DNA of 38,132 nucleotides from the NCBI GenBank assembly GCA_964007735.1, contig CAXGAI010000015.1:62001-100132 (forward strand), given 5' to 3'. The translations under genes were made by a program, and so were the position numbers. Within the stretch, counting starts at the first letter, position 1. Each line of letters opens with the position of its first letter. Shown here piece after piece: positions 1 through 8,600 of this stretch. The notes beneath the pieces are model-generated. The model did no database searches. It was given only the letters and a program-made list of their open reading frames with translations, and was not told the DNA's origin. The stretch is from an uncultured Rhodopirellula sp. (GTDB lineage: Bacteria; Planctomycetota; Planctomycetia; Pirellulales; Pirellulaceae).

Positions 1-57
1 CGGCAAGAATGAGATCTCTACACGGCGCCTGACGGTAACATAAGTCAAGCAGGGCCA

Positions 58-1179
58 CTATTCAAAGGTGAGAGGATTGAACTCGACCGCTTTTTGAAAA
101 AAACTTCGGTTCATAGGCAATTGCCCGGAATGGCTACTAAGTAGCACACAATTGTCCTTGCTTTTCGCCTCAAGCATTTTTTTATGGCCCGTTACCATGC
201 TCGTCTGCGCCACGAAATAGCACGTTGGATGTTTTTGATGAAATACGATCTTGGCATATTCGGAATAGAGTCCAAATACATCGTTCGATATCCCCTGGTG
301 AACGGCGGTATATCTTTTGGCTGGCAAGTCAAATTCATATCCTACGTTCACCATCTCAAAAACCTGGCCATGGAAGATATTGCCGGTCCCCTGGCATCTT
401 ACGGCAATGTCGACGCTGTTAATATGGCCACCGAATACCTGATTGGCGTTGGGCGCCAAATCGCCGTCGTCATGTGCAGCCCAGTCAAAACCGACGCAAC
501 CGTTGGATTCGCCACCCGGACCTGAAGCGTGACAATTAGTAAAAACGTTGTAATAAGGGGATTCACCATTAGAGGGTCCATAATATGCCGAGGTGTTTGA
601 TGCTCTTAAGTGGACGAACAGTGAATCAAATCGACTATAACTCATGCCCGTAAGTCGAAAGGCATATGTGCCTTCATTGTGTACAAGGGTATTAAGCCCG
701 CGAAAAGACACTGAAGTTGCGGGGGAGCGTTGAGCTGCATTCCAACAGGCGGTTCCGGTCGGGCCGCCGTAGTGGATTTCTGAAAGTAACCCGTCACCAA
801 TGACCGATGTACCTTGATAGACATCGAGCGGGCGACTAATTGAGTAGTGGCCGCTAGGTATGTAGAGTCTGCCCCCTTTTTTGCAAGAGTAAAGCGCCTG
901 TTGGAACTGTTTGCTTACGTCACCTGAGGAAGGGAATGCTCCAAAGAAACGGACGTCGTGATCGGAAGATTGAACGCGACGCCACCGTCCACGCGGCCGC
1001 ACATGAGATCGGAAGACCCACCCGTTATCAGGATCAAAGCTGGAATCAGGTTCCCAGAAAAAGAGGCCTCCACCCCCATCGCCGGGTTTGAAATAGCCGG
1101 CGACATGTAGCTGAGTTGAGTCCATCGGATCGAAATTCAGCAAATCTTTAATCGTTGAGACGCCGTAAACATGTTGCAT
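58..1179 (-). CDS. Pectate_lyase_3-like right-handed beta-helix protein with tailspike-like N-terminus
   Basis: GYFKPGDGGGGLFFW...DNG...GRWRR segment, then VRFFGA...FQQAL...GRLYIPSGHYSISRPL (typical beta-helix cap) and N/G-rich beta-helix-like repeats. No signal peptide. Confidence 0.7.
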   Translation of the reverse strand: MQHVYGVSTIKDLLNFDPMDSTQLHVAGYFKPGDGGGGLFFWEPDSSFDPDNGWVFRSHVRPRGRWRRVQSSDHDVRFFGAFPSSGDVSKQFQQALYSCKKGGRLYIPSGHYSISRPLDVYQGTSVIGDGLLSEIHYGGPTGTACWNAAQRSPATSVSFRGLNTLVHNEGTYAFRLTGMSYSRFDSLFVHLRASNTSAYYGPSNGESPYYNVFTNCHASGPGGESNGCVGFDWAAHDDGDLAPNANQVFGGHINSVDIAVRCQGTGNIFHGQVFEMVNVGYEFDLPAKRYTAVHQGISNDVFGLYSEYAKIVFHQKHPTCYFVAQTSMVTGHKKMLEAKSKDNCVLLSSHSGQLPMNRSFFQKAVEFNPLTFE

Positions 1180-1326
1180 GATCTATTACCTAAAACGATC
1201 CTGAAGTTTGGTTAATCAATTGAACAATATATAGGAAAGACTAGGATGGCTGTTTGAAAAAATAGATTTGTGAGATTGGCTAGCATAATCGTCGGCATAA
1301 GTCCTTAGTCGATATTTAGGGAATAT

Positions 1327-2274
1327 ATGAAAATTCACTGTTTTACCCCGGCGGCCAGAGGTTCGGTTAAAGGAAATCGTGTTACTGCGGAACGATGGAA
1401 GCGATGCCTAACCGACTTAGGCCATGAAGTCAGGATTATTGATTCAGCGGAGCCCCTGCCCTGTGACTTATCGATTGCGATTCACGCGGGGAAATCTGCT
1501 GAATACACATCAAAGATGAAGCAGAGATACCCGGACACGCCGGTTGTCCTGTGCCTCAGCGGGACAGACCTTTATCTCGATATCCATCGAGATCAAAAGG
1601 TTACCAGTGGTATTGAGAGTGCTGATCGATTAATTGTCCTGCAAACACACGCCTTGACACATCTTCGAGCAATATGGGCAGAGAAAACCTTTGTAATATC
1701 GCAATCTTGCGAGCCACCCCGAGTTGTTATGCAACCCTTGAAACACGAATTTGAAGTCGTTGTTGTGGGACATCTACGTAGCGTTAAGGACCCGTTTAGG
1801 ACGGCAATGGCCGTGCGAAAGTTACCAGCGAACTCCAGGATCCAGGTTCATCACCTCGGCACTGCGTTATCGGAAACGTTACACGCAAGAGCAATTCGCG
1901 AATCGAACAATAATGAACGTTATCACTACGAAGGATTATGTCCTTGGGAGGTCACACTTCAAAGAATCCAAAGGGCGAGGTTATTAGTTCTAAGTTCTAA
2001 GGTAGAAGGCGGCGCTAATGTGTTGAGCGAAGCTATATGTTGTGGGACTCCGGTTTTGGCAAGTCGTATTTCAGGGTCTATCGGGATCCTAGGTGACAAC
2101 TATCCGGGATTGTTTGAAGTGGGCGATACGAAAGAGCTGAGGGCGCTTTTATGGAAATGCGAAACCACACCTTCATTTTACAAAAGCCTAACGAACGCCG
2201 TTCGGAAACTTGCGAAGCGTTATACACCATTGGCGGAAAAGCGGGCTTGGCGGGCGCTACTTGCGACAATCTAA
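1327..2274 (+). CDS. senB: Selenosugar synthase SenB-type GT-B glycosyltransferase (TIGR04348 family)
   Basis: Family motifs TPA..S..GNRVTAERW, AIHA, LSGTDLY, VVGHLRSVKDPF, SSKVEGGANVLSEA, PVLASRISG..GILG..YPG. AGGG SD-like sequence upstream of the ATG. Confidence 0.85.
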   Translation: MKIHCFTPAARGSVKGNRVTAERWKRCLTDLGHEVRIIDSAEPLPCDLSIAIHAGKSAEYTSKMKQRYPDTPVVLCLSGTDLYLDIHRDQKVTSGIESADRLIVLQTHALTHLRAIWAEKTFVISQSCEPPRVVMQPLKHEFEVVVVGHLRSVKDPFRTAMAVRKLPANSRIQVHHLGTALSETLHARAIRESNNNERYHYEGLCPWEVTLQRIQRARLLVLSSKVEGGANVLSEAICCGTPVLASRISGSIGILGDNYPGLFEVGDTKELRALLWKCETTPSFYKSLTNAVRKLAKRYTPLAEKRAWRALLATI

Positions 2275-2285
2275 GATCTGGGTTT

Positions 2286-3623
2286 CTAACTGAGTTCTGG
2301 CAGTGGACGGTAATCGTCTTGCAAATAACGAGGTCGTCCGGCTAAATCCTCGACCGTGGTTAGCGTTGGGTCGATCCCGAGATTGTAATAGATCTGCGAG
2401 AAGACTTCATTGAAGTGGACCGGTCGGTCAATTGCTTCCTCCGCGTATTTATTCGTGGCGCCGATTACTTGGCCGGTGGGCATGCCGCCGCCGGCCAGAA
2501 TGGCGGAACATACTTTGCTCCAGTGATCGCGGCCCGCATTGGCATTGATCTTTGGGGTTCTTCCGAATTCACCCCAAACAACAACAGTAACATCATCCTG
2601 CATACCGCGTTCGTGCAGATCGTCGACAAGGGCTGTCAAGGCTTGATCTAAAAGCGGGATGACTTTTCGTCCGTGCTTAAAATTGGAACTATGCCAATCG
2701 AAGTCGGCATAAGATACTGTCACAACTCGTGCCCCGGCTTCAACTAACCTACGCGCGGTTAAAAACTTCGAAACGATTGCTTGGTAGCCCTTGTTGGAGT
2801 ACGGCAGAACGTTGGGATCGTCTTTGCCGTAACGTTCGCGTGCGGCCGTTGGCTCGTTGGAGAGGTCTAGAGCTTCGGCTAACTTACTGGAAGTTAGGAG
2901 ATCCAAAGCCTGTTTCGTAAAACCGTCGGCGCCCTGTGGGTATCCATCGGCATCCAACTTCCTTCGTACGGTATTAAATTTCGTAAGTAATTGGCGTCGA
3001 TCGTCGAAACGACTCACGTCAATGTCCGTGAGGGTCATATCTGCTAACGACTCGCCCGTTGGTTTGAACGGAGTGTGAGTCTGGCCTAAAAACCCTGGTC
3101 CAGGGAGGTTGTAGGGTAGATGCTCCATGTGAAGAGACAAATCTATATTGGGGGGTATTGCTGGATGTACCGGGCCTTGTAGTTTGGAAAGAACCGAGCC
3201 GATCTCAGGCCATCCGCCTTGCGGCTGATTCGCAAAGTTTCTTCCCGTAGCACATTGAAAAGAGGAGTGGCGACCGTCGGACCCTTCCAGAGAACGAATG
3301 ATTACAAACTTGTCTAGCTTGGCCGCCGTACGGGGCATCAGCTCAGAAATCTGTATGCCCGGTAGTTTGGTTGAAATAGGGTTGAATGCTCCGCGGATCT
3401 CGGAAGGTGCGTCAGGTTTAAGGTCTACCATGTCCTGATGAGGCGGCCCCCCAGTCAAATAAATCATGATGACAGATTTGTGATTACTAACCCCGGAAGC
3501 GGCTTCAGCGCGGAGGATGTCTGCAAGCGAGAGGCCCGAAAGGCCCAGCGTTCCGATAGTCAGGAACTCGCGCCTGGCGAGCCGGCCGGAGTTTGCTTTC
3601 TGGCGGGCGGTGAATTTAAACAT
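2286..3623 (-). CDS. DUF1501 family protein, stand-alone subtype, Tat signal
   Basis: ARREFL Tat motif; GGPPHQDMVDLKPDAP, ARRLVEAG, WH, WGEFGRTP, GRDHW. GGAG upstream of the ATG. Confidence 0.92.
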   Translation of the reverse strand: MFKFTARQKANSGRLARREFLTIGTLGLSGLSLADILRAEAASGVSNHKSVIMIYLTGGPPHQDMVDLKPDAPSEIRGAFNPISTKLPGIQISELMPRTAAKLDKFVIIRSLEGSDGRHSSFQCATGRNFANQPQGGWPEIGSVLSKLQGPVHPAIPPNIDLSLHMEHLPYNLPGPGFLGQTHTPFKPTGESLADMTLTDIDVSRFDDRRQLLTKFNTVRRKLDADGYPQGADGFTKQALDLLTSSKLAEALDLSNEPTAARERYGKDDPNVLPYSNKGYQAIVSKFLTARRLVEAGARVVTVSYADFDWHSSNFKHGRKVIPLLDQALTALVDDLHERGMQDDVTVVVWGEFGRTPKINANAGRDHWSKVCSAILAGGGMPTGQVIGATNKYAEEAIDRPVHFNEVFSQIYYNLGIDPTLTTVEDLAGRPRYLQDDYRPLPELS

Positions 3624-3649
3624 TAACGGTACTCCAAAGACACCGCTAT

Positions 3650-3692
3650 TCTAACCAATTGTTCCGACTGTAAACCAGTCTATTCGGTTAGA
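3650..3692. promoter_or_regulatory. Inverted repeat / possible operator upstream of the DUF1501 gene
   Basis: TCTAACC(3650-3656)...GGTTAGA(3686-3692) encloses GACTG-taaac-CAGTC and overlaps a minus-strand TAGAAT -10-like hexamer. Confidence 0.35.
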
Positions 3693-3931
3693 CATGCGTT
3701 GCTATTGGAAGTGAATGTTAGATGTGAGATTATTAATCCGCGCGTAGGGAATTAGTAAATCAGTCTTATTTGGCGCCCACAGGGGTGTATGCTGTGATAC
3801 GTGTGATGCATCCCGCTCGATGAAATCTGCGGCGTCGAAACGGGGGAAGTCGAGGTTGTTATATAAATCAGAAATACTGTTAATAAGGCGTGGGTTTTCA
3901 AACAACCTACCTAAGGATTGGGGTGCTCATT

Positions 3932-5335
3932 TTAACTAAACAGGTCAAGGATCGGTTTACCTGTCGTGATGGGGCGAGAAATCCCAGTATTATTTTGAGG
4001 TTCGTTTAGGGGTATGTCGAGCGCGTGATAAATCGAGGCTGAGAATTCCTCGGGACGCACCGGATTATTGGCCACGTACCCTGCAAGTCGATCGGTCTTA
4101 CCATAGACCTGGCCTCCGGCAATACCGCAGCCCGCCATGATCGACGAGAAACATTTGGGCCAGTGCTGGCGACCTGGAGGCTGTTGCGTAAGGATCTTTG
4201 GAGTGCGGCCAAACTCGCCAGTTACTACTACCAGTGTATTGTCGAGCATGCCCCGGTCATGCAAGTCTCCCAACAGCGCGGATAGTGCCTGATCTAGTCG
4301 CGGTAGACAAAAATTCATACCGTACGAACCCGACCCAAAGGCATTGCCCATCCCCATATTACCGCCGTGCATATCCCAACTGCTACTAGGGGGCCCTTTG
4401 GTGTCATGGGGTGCTTGTCCAGTCCAGCCGTTCACCGTTACAAATCGAACGCCTGCTTCCACCATGCGACGGGCTAAAAGCAGGTTTTGTCCGAGCGGGT
4501 GACGGCCATAGCGGTCACGCACTTTCCCAGGCTCGCGATCCATTTCAAACGCTTCACGACCCTCCGATCGCGTCATAGCCTCGTAACCCATCTCCCGCAG
4601 ATTGGACCAGTCTTTACCAATCGGCGATTCTCGAAGGATATTGCTCTCTAGGTCGCCGAGCAATGTTCGTCTCTTTGCTAAGCGGGCTGGATCTCCCAAA
4701 TCATAAATCTGCGGTGGTTCAAAGTTTTCCATGGCGGGATGATTTTTTTCGGAACCGACGAAAACAGGAGCATAGGCAGATCCGAGGTAGCCTCCGATTC
4801 CAATGTTAGGTGCACAAAAGACCGGCGCTCCCACACATTTAATAAGCCAGGCGTTCGAGACGATGTTACGGGTGCTAGGACTATGCTTTGCTACAAACGA
4901 GCCAAGGTAGGGTTGATCATCGGGAACCCCCTGTTGAACACGTTTTAGGGATTGTCCACTTAATAGATTATGCATTGCATCGAAGTGATTGCTTATGGCG
5001 CCTGGATGCTGCATAGAATTGATAAGTGTGAATTTGTCTGTATGCTTGGCCAGTTCGGTATGCATTTCGTTGATACGCATTCCAGGCACTTTGGTGGAGA
5101 CAGGGCGGTACGGTCCACGTATGGTATCTGGAGCATCGGGTTTCATGTCCCAAGTGTCCACGTGACTAGGGCCACCGCACAGCAGGATGAAGATGCAGGA
5201 TTTTTCCGAACGAACGGGATTTCCGCTGGTGTCACGCTGGTCGGTGCCCATAACGGTGCCCGGCATCCCCAAAGCAGTGGTACCCATTCCGGCCGCCAAC
5301 AACGCCTGACGTCGATTAAGCTTGTAGTTCTGCAT
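3932..5335 (-). CDS. DUF1501 family protein, stand-alone subtype, Tat signal
   Basis: Start reassigned to ATG 5335 (GAGGGA upstream), giving MQNYKLNRRQALL. Motifs GGPSHVDTWDMKPDAP, ARRMVEAG, WDMH, GEFGRTP, GRQHW. Confidence 0.92.
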   Translation of the reverse strand: MQNYKLNRRQALLAAGMGTTALGMPGTVMGTDQRDTSGNPVRSEKSCIFILLCGGPSHVDTWDMKPDAPDTIRGPYRPVSTKVPGMRINEMHTELAKHTDKFTLINSMQHPGAISNHFDAMHNLLSGQSLKRVQQGVPDDQPYLGSFVAKHSPSTRNIVSNAWLIKCVGAPVFCAPNIGIGGYLGSAYAPVFVGSEKNHPAMENFEPPQIYDLGDPARLAKRRTLLGDLESNILRESPIGKDWSNLREMGYEAMTRSEGREAFEMDREPGKVRDRYGRHPLGQNLLLARRMVEAGVRFVTVNGWTGQAPHDTKGPPSSSWDMHGGNMGMGNAFGSGSYGMNFCLPRLDQALSALLGDLHDRGMLDNTLVVVTGEFGRTPKILTQQPPGRQHWPKCFSSIMAGCGIAGGQVYGKTDRLAGYVANNPVRPEEFSASIYHALDIPLNEPQNNTGISRPITTGKPILDLFS

Positions 5336-5432
5336 GATATGTCCCTCAATGATGATGTTCATATTATCACATCGTCCACAATTAATTGCACGTTTAAACA
5401 ATTAGTTAAATACCTGTTCGAGGTCTGAAAGA

Positions 5433-6251
5433 TTATTCCGGTCTCGGGTTAGGCCAGTAATTCGGAACGATAAACAGCCTGCCCTGCTCCGTCCACGACC
5501 CTTTCAGGTGTCGCAGATGACTAATCATTAATGGATGGTGTTTGTCCCGGAAATGATTGGCTACGAAATTGACGAGGTCGGAGGGATCCTGATACACCGT
5601 TTCGTCAGCCGGTGGAGCCAGCCAATGAGGCTTATGGCAGATGCAGAAACGATCTGTTTCAAAAAGTTCTAAGCGATGGACTTCTCGTGCATGTAACCAA
5701 ACCCCTCGCTGATGATTCTGAGCCAGGTAGGCCGGTATCGCAACGGGGCCCCGGTGATCGGCTGGGTAGAAGATAATTCCCTTGACGAAGGTTTCGCGTT
5801 TTGAAACCTTGGGGTAATACCGTTGGCTAAGTGGCAATTGATGAGTCAGTAACCGCGTGGTCTTAGATTCAAAGGTGTCATGTGGATTAGGGCCTATGAA
5901 ATGGCTGCCGGTCCAATTCAAATTCGGATAATAGAGATAGTACTTTATCGCCGTTTCACAGTGCGTCAGCTCTTCATCGAGATCTAGATAGATAAAATCT
6001 AATTCACCAATAGTTTGTCCGGCGAGTTGTATTTGACGTGAGGAGTCACATAGAACATGAGTCTTAGAGTTTATCAACAGTTCTGCAACTAAAGCTTCAA
6101 AATAGCGGCCAACCTTCCACGGGGTGGTTCGAAGAGGCCCCAAGTTGAGAGGTGCGTCGTTACCAAGTTGCAAGTGCGGGCCATCACCTTGCAGGAGGTC
6201 TGGGCAGTTGAGTACCCAGTTCACATCATCGCGAAGTTGTCTGCTTTTCAT
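5433..6251 (-). CDS. DUF1853 family protein (putative PD-(D/E)XK nuclease fold)
   Basis: GRYFE, TIGELDF, HCETAIKYYL, FIGPN..D..ESK..L..HQLPLS. Start at ATG 6251; the upstream 121 codons of the track ORF largely overlap the opposite-strand gene. Confidence 0.8.
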   Translation of the reverse strand: MKSRQLRDDVNWVLNCPDLLQGDGPHLQLGNDAPLNLGPLRTTPWKVGRYFEALVAELLINSKTHVLCDSSRQIQLAGQTIGELDFIYLDLDEELTHCETAIKYYLYYPNLNWTGSHFIGPNPHDTFESKTTRLLTHQLPLSQRYYPKVSKRETFVKGIIFYPADHRGPVAIPAYLAQNHQRGVWLHAREVHRLELFETDRFCICHKPHWLAPPADETVYQDPSDLVNFVANHFRDKHHPLMISHLRHLKGSWTEQGRLFIVPNYWPNPRPE

Positions 6252-6258
6252 ATATACT

Positions 6259-6267
6259 ATTTTAGCA
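6259..6267 (-). promoter_or_regulatory. Extended -10 promoter element (TGcTAAAAT) for the DUF1853 gene, probably leaderless
   Basis: Minus strand reads TGCTAAAAT-agtatat-ATG: 7 nt between the hexamer and the start codon, with no SD. Confidence 0.55.
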
Positions 6268-6341
6268 AGGAAGCTGAAAGCACAGGTCATGAATGAATGG
6301 ATTACGATAATTATGTGGCCAGCACTTAGGATTACCAGTTC

Positions 6342-8018
6342 ATGTATAGAGTAAAGCTCGTTATCTTCGTCTATTTGTTTTGCGGAGGTTTTGATTTGCA
6401 GGGGGAGGAAGTTCCGACGCATCCGCCGGTGGATTTGGTCATCGCGAATGCACGTATTGTTGACGGGACTGGCCGCCCTTGGTTTCGGGGCGACGTAGCC
6501 GTGGTTAGTGGCCAGATTGTTGCCGTAGGCCGACAGCTGGAAATGCCAAGTCGGAGGAGAATTAACGCGGCAGGGATGACGTTGGCACCCGGCTTCATCG
6601 ATATTCATTCGCACTCGGATAGGCTTCTTTTACGCGACGGTCGAGCTCTGGGGAAGATCCACCAAGGGGTCACAACAGAGGTTCTAGGAGAGGGATTTTC
6701 GGCAGGCCCCGCCATGGGACTTCGACCGGCGGGTGCGGTTAACACACCCGAAGGAGTCGCCCGCTGGACCACCTTGGGTGAGTATTTCGACGTGCTTGAA
6801 AAGCATAAGACAAGCGTGAACGTGGTGAGCTATGTAGGATTGGCCGCTGTTTGGGAATGTGTGATGGGTAAGTCGTTCGCTCGCCCCACGGAACCCCAAT
6901 TTCTAGAAATGGAGAAACTGGTTCGAGAGGCAATGACGCAAGGGGCAAGAGGGTTATCGTCACAGGTGATGACGCCACCAGGTTCATTGGCTAGTACAGA
7001 TGATGTAATCAGGCTTGCCAAGCAAATTCAACCGTTTGATGGTCTGTTTTCGATTCATATTCGAAACGAGGGGCTTGGCGTCTTTGCTGCCGTTACCGAA
7101 GCGATCGAAGTCGCGCGAAAAGCTGATGTACGTCTTGATATTATCCACTTGAAAATTGCTGACCAGAAATACTGGGGACAAATGGATAAGATAGTGGCGA
7201 TGATCGACAACGCGCGGACTGAAGGAATAAATGTTCAGGCCAATGTCTATCCCTATACCCGTGGTAACAACAATCTTAAGAACATCGTTCCACCCTGGGC
7301 ACATGAAGGTGGTGACGCCAAGATGCTCGAAAGATTGGCATCCACAGGTACTAGAGACCAAATTATTGCTGACATCGAAAATGGAATAGAAGGCTGGTAC
7401 AACCATTATACTGCCGTAGGTAAAGATTGGAGTCGCGTGCTGATTAGTGGCGAACATCCATATAAGGGCCTCACGATGGATCGTGTGTTTGCATTACGAG
7501 GTACGAAACAGAAAACGGTTGCCGACCTGCTGGATATCCTGATTGAGAATGACGGGGGAATCAGTGCAGTGTTTGCACACCATGATGAACCGGATATGCT
7601 CCTCGCCTTACGGCAGCCGTGGTGCAGTGTGGGTTCGGATGGCTCAGCCTATGCCGTTCAGGGGCCCTTGCGTGAGGGTAATCCGCACCCGCGAAATTTT
7701 GGATCCTTTCCGCGTCTGATTGGTTATTATTCACGAGAGCGAAGCGTCCTTCCGTTGGAAGCGGCAGTGCAGAAGGTAACGTCGTTAAACGCCGCCAAAC
7801 TCGGGCTAACTGACCGGGGTGTGATCGCCGTGGGGATGAAGGCTGATTTGGTTTTATTCGATGCATCGACCATAATCGACCGATCACGATATACTTCACC
7901 ATTTCAATATCCTGTAGGCATCGACTATGTCATCGTCAACGGTAAAGTAACGTTGGAGAATGGGAAGCATAACGGTGCATTAGCGGGTCGAGTCCTACGT
8001 CGTGGTGGACCGAATTAG
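6342..8018 (+). CDS. N-acyl-D-amino-acid deacylase (D-aminoacylase family amidohydrolase), predicted secreted
   Basis: IANARIVDGTG, PGFIDIHSHSD, QGVTTE, HIRNE, IHLK, GSDG, PHPRNFGSFPR, G.KADLVLFD; hydrophobic N-terminal signal. Confidence 0.9.
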   Translation: MYRVKLVIFVYLFCGGFDLQGEEVPTHPPVDLVIANARIVDGTGRPWFRGDVAVVSGQIVAVGRQLEMPSRRRINAAGMTLAPGFIDIHSHSDRLLLRDGRALGKIHQGVTTEVLGEGFSAGPAMGLRPAGAVNTPEGVARWTTLGEYFDVLEKHKTSVNVVSYVGLAAVWECVMGKSFARPTEPQFLEMEKLVREAMTQGARGLSSQVMTPPGSLASTDDVIRLAKQIQPFDGLFSIHIRNEGLGVFAAVTEAIEVARKADVRLDIIHLKIADQKYWGQMDKIVAMIDNARTEGINVQANVYPYTRGNNNLKNIVPPWAHEGGDAKMLERLASTGTRDQIIADIENGIEGWYNHYTAVGKDWSRVLISGEHPYKGLTMDRVFALRGTKQKTVADLLDILIENDGGISAVFAHHDEPDMLLALRQPWCSVGSDGSAYAVQGPLREGNPHPRNFGSFPRLIGYYSRERSVLPLEAAVQKVTSLNAAKLGLTDRGVIAVGMKADLVLFDASTIIDRSRYTSPFQYPVGIDYVIVNGKVTLENGKHNGALAGRVLRRGGPN

Positions 8019-8024
8019 TCTGCA

Positions 8025-8600
8025 TTAAGAATGAAGACGTGGTTTTCTACTGCCTTCACTTAGGAAGCGTGATTCGTAGGCAGCCAACTCATCCAGCCGG
8101 ATACACACTGCGGCCTCATCCTGATAACATGTCGCCAAATCGATAAAAGTGTCATAGTTCCGCGGATCACTTTCGCTTATTTCATGATAGTGTTCGGCTA
8201 TTGTGTTGTTGTCGATGTGATGAGCCATGAACGCGAAACGTTCGTAACTGCGTGCCTCCTGAAGGGCGGATATCAGTAGGCGGTCTACAACGCGTTCAGG
8301 CTCTTTGTTGATGATCAGTTCTTTCAACCGTTTGTCGTAACCAATGGGCTGTTGCCGGATAAAGAGTATTTGTTGTGACTTCAACAACTCTCTCATATCT
8401 TGGAATCGGGCCAATTTCTGGTTGATCATTCTGGTCATTGCAATGCTCAATGCTTCGTTATCGCAATATGCCAAAAGAAGGTTTAGACACCAACGCGCCG
8501 ACTCCTTTTCCCAATGAGTGTGATCTAAGAGAATTTTGTCCAGATCTGATTCCAATTGAAGAGACCAGACGACGCGCGTGGGAATATGTAAGAAATCCAT
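8025..8600 (-). CDS. MiaE-like ferritin-fold protein with degenerate di-iron site
   Basis: ILLDH.H.EK, EP.R.VDRLL..AL.EARS.ERF and terminal RLHS match tRNA-(ms2io6A) hydroxylase MiaE, but both ExxH motifs are altered. ATG at 8600 (alternative TTG at 8606). Confidence 0.8.
   Translation of the reverse strand: MDFLHIPTRVVWSLQLESDLDKILLDHTHWEKESARWCLNLLLAYCDNEALSIAMTRMINQKLARFQDMRELLKSQQILFIRQQPIGYDKRLKELIINKEPERVVDRLLISALQEARSYERFAFMAHHIDNNTIAEHYHEISESDPRNYDTFIDLATCYQDEAAVCIRLDELAAYESRFLSEGSRKPRLHS

Noticed and set aside
1..43. Possible 3' end of a plus-strand gene (GKNEISTRRLTVT*, frame starting at base 2)
   Set aside because: Too short to support or identify.
3702..3905. 67-aa minus-strand ORF in the long intergenic region
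   Set aside because: TTG start, no recognisable motif, and it overlaps the IR-like element. It cannot be excluded but is unsupported.
6252..6614. 121-aa N-terminal extension of the DUF1853 ORF
   Set aside because: Mostly antisense to the D-aminoacylase gene; family similarity and a promoter point to the ATG at 6251.
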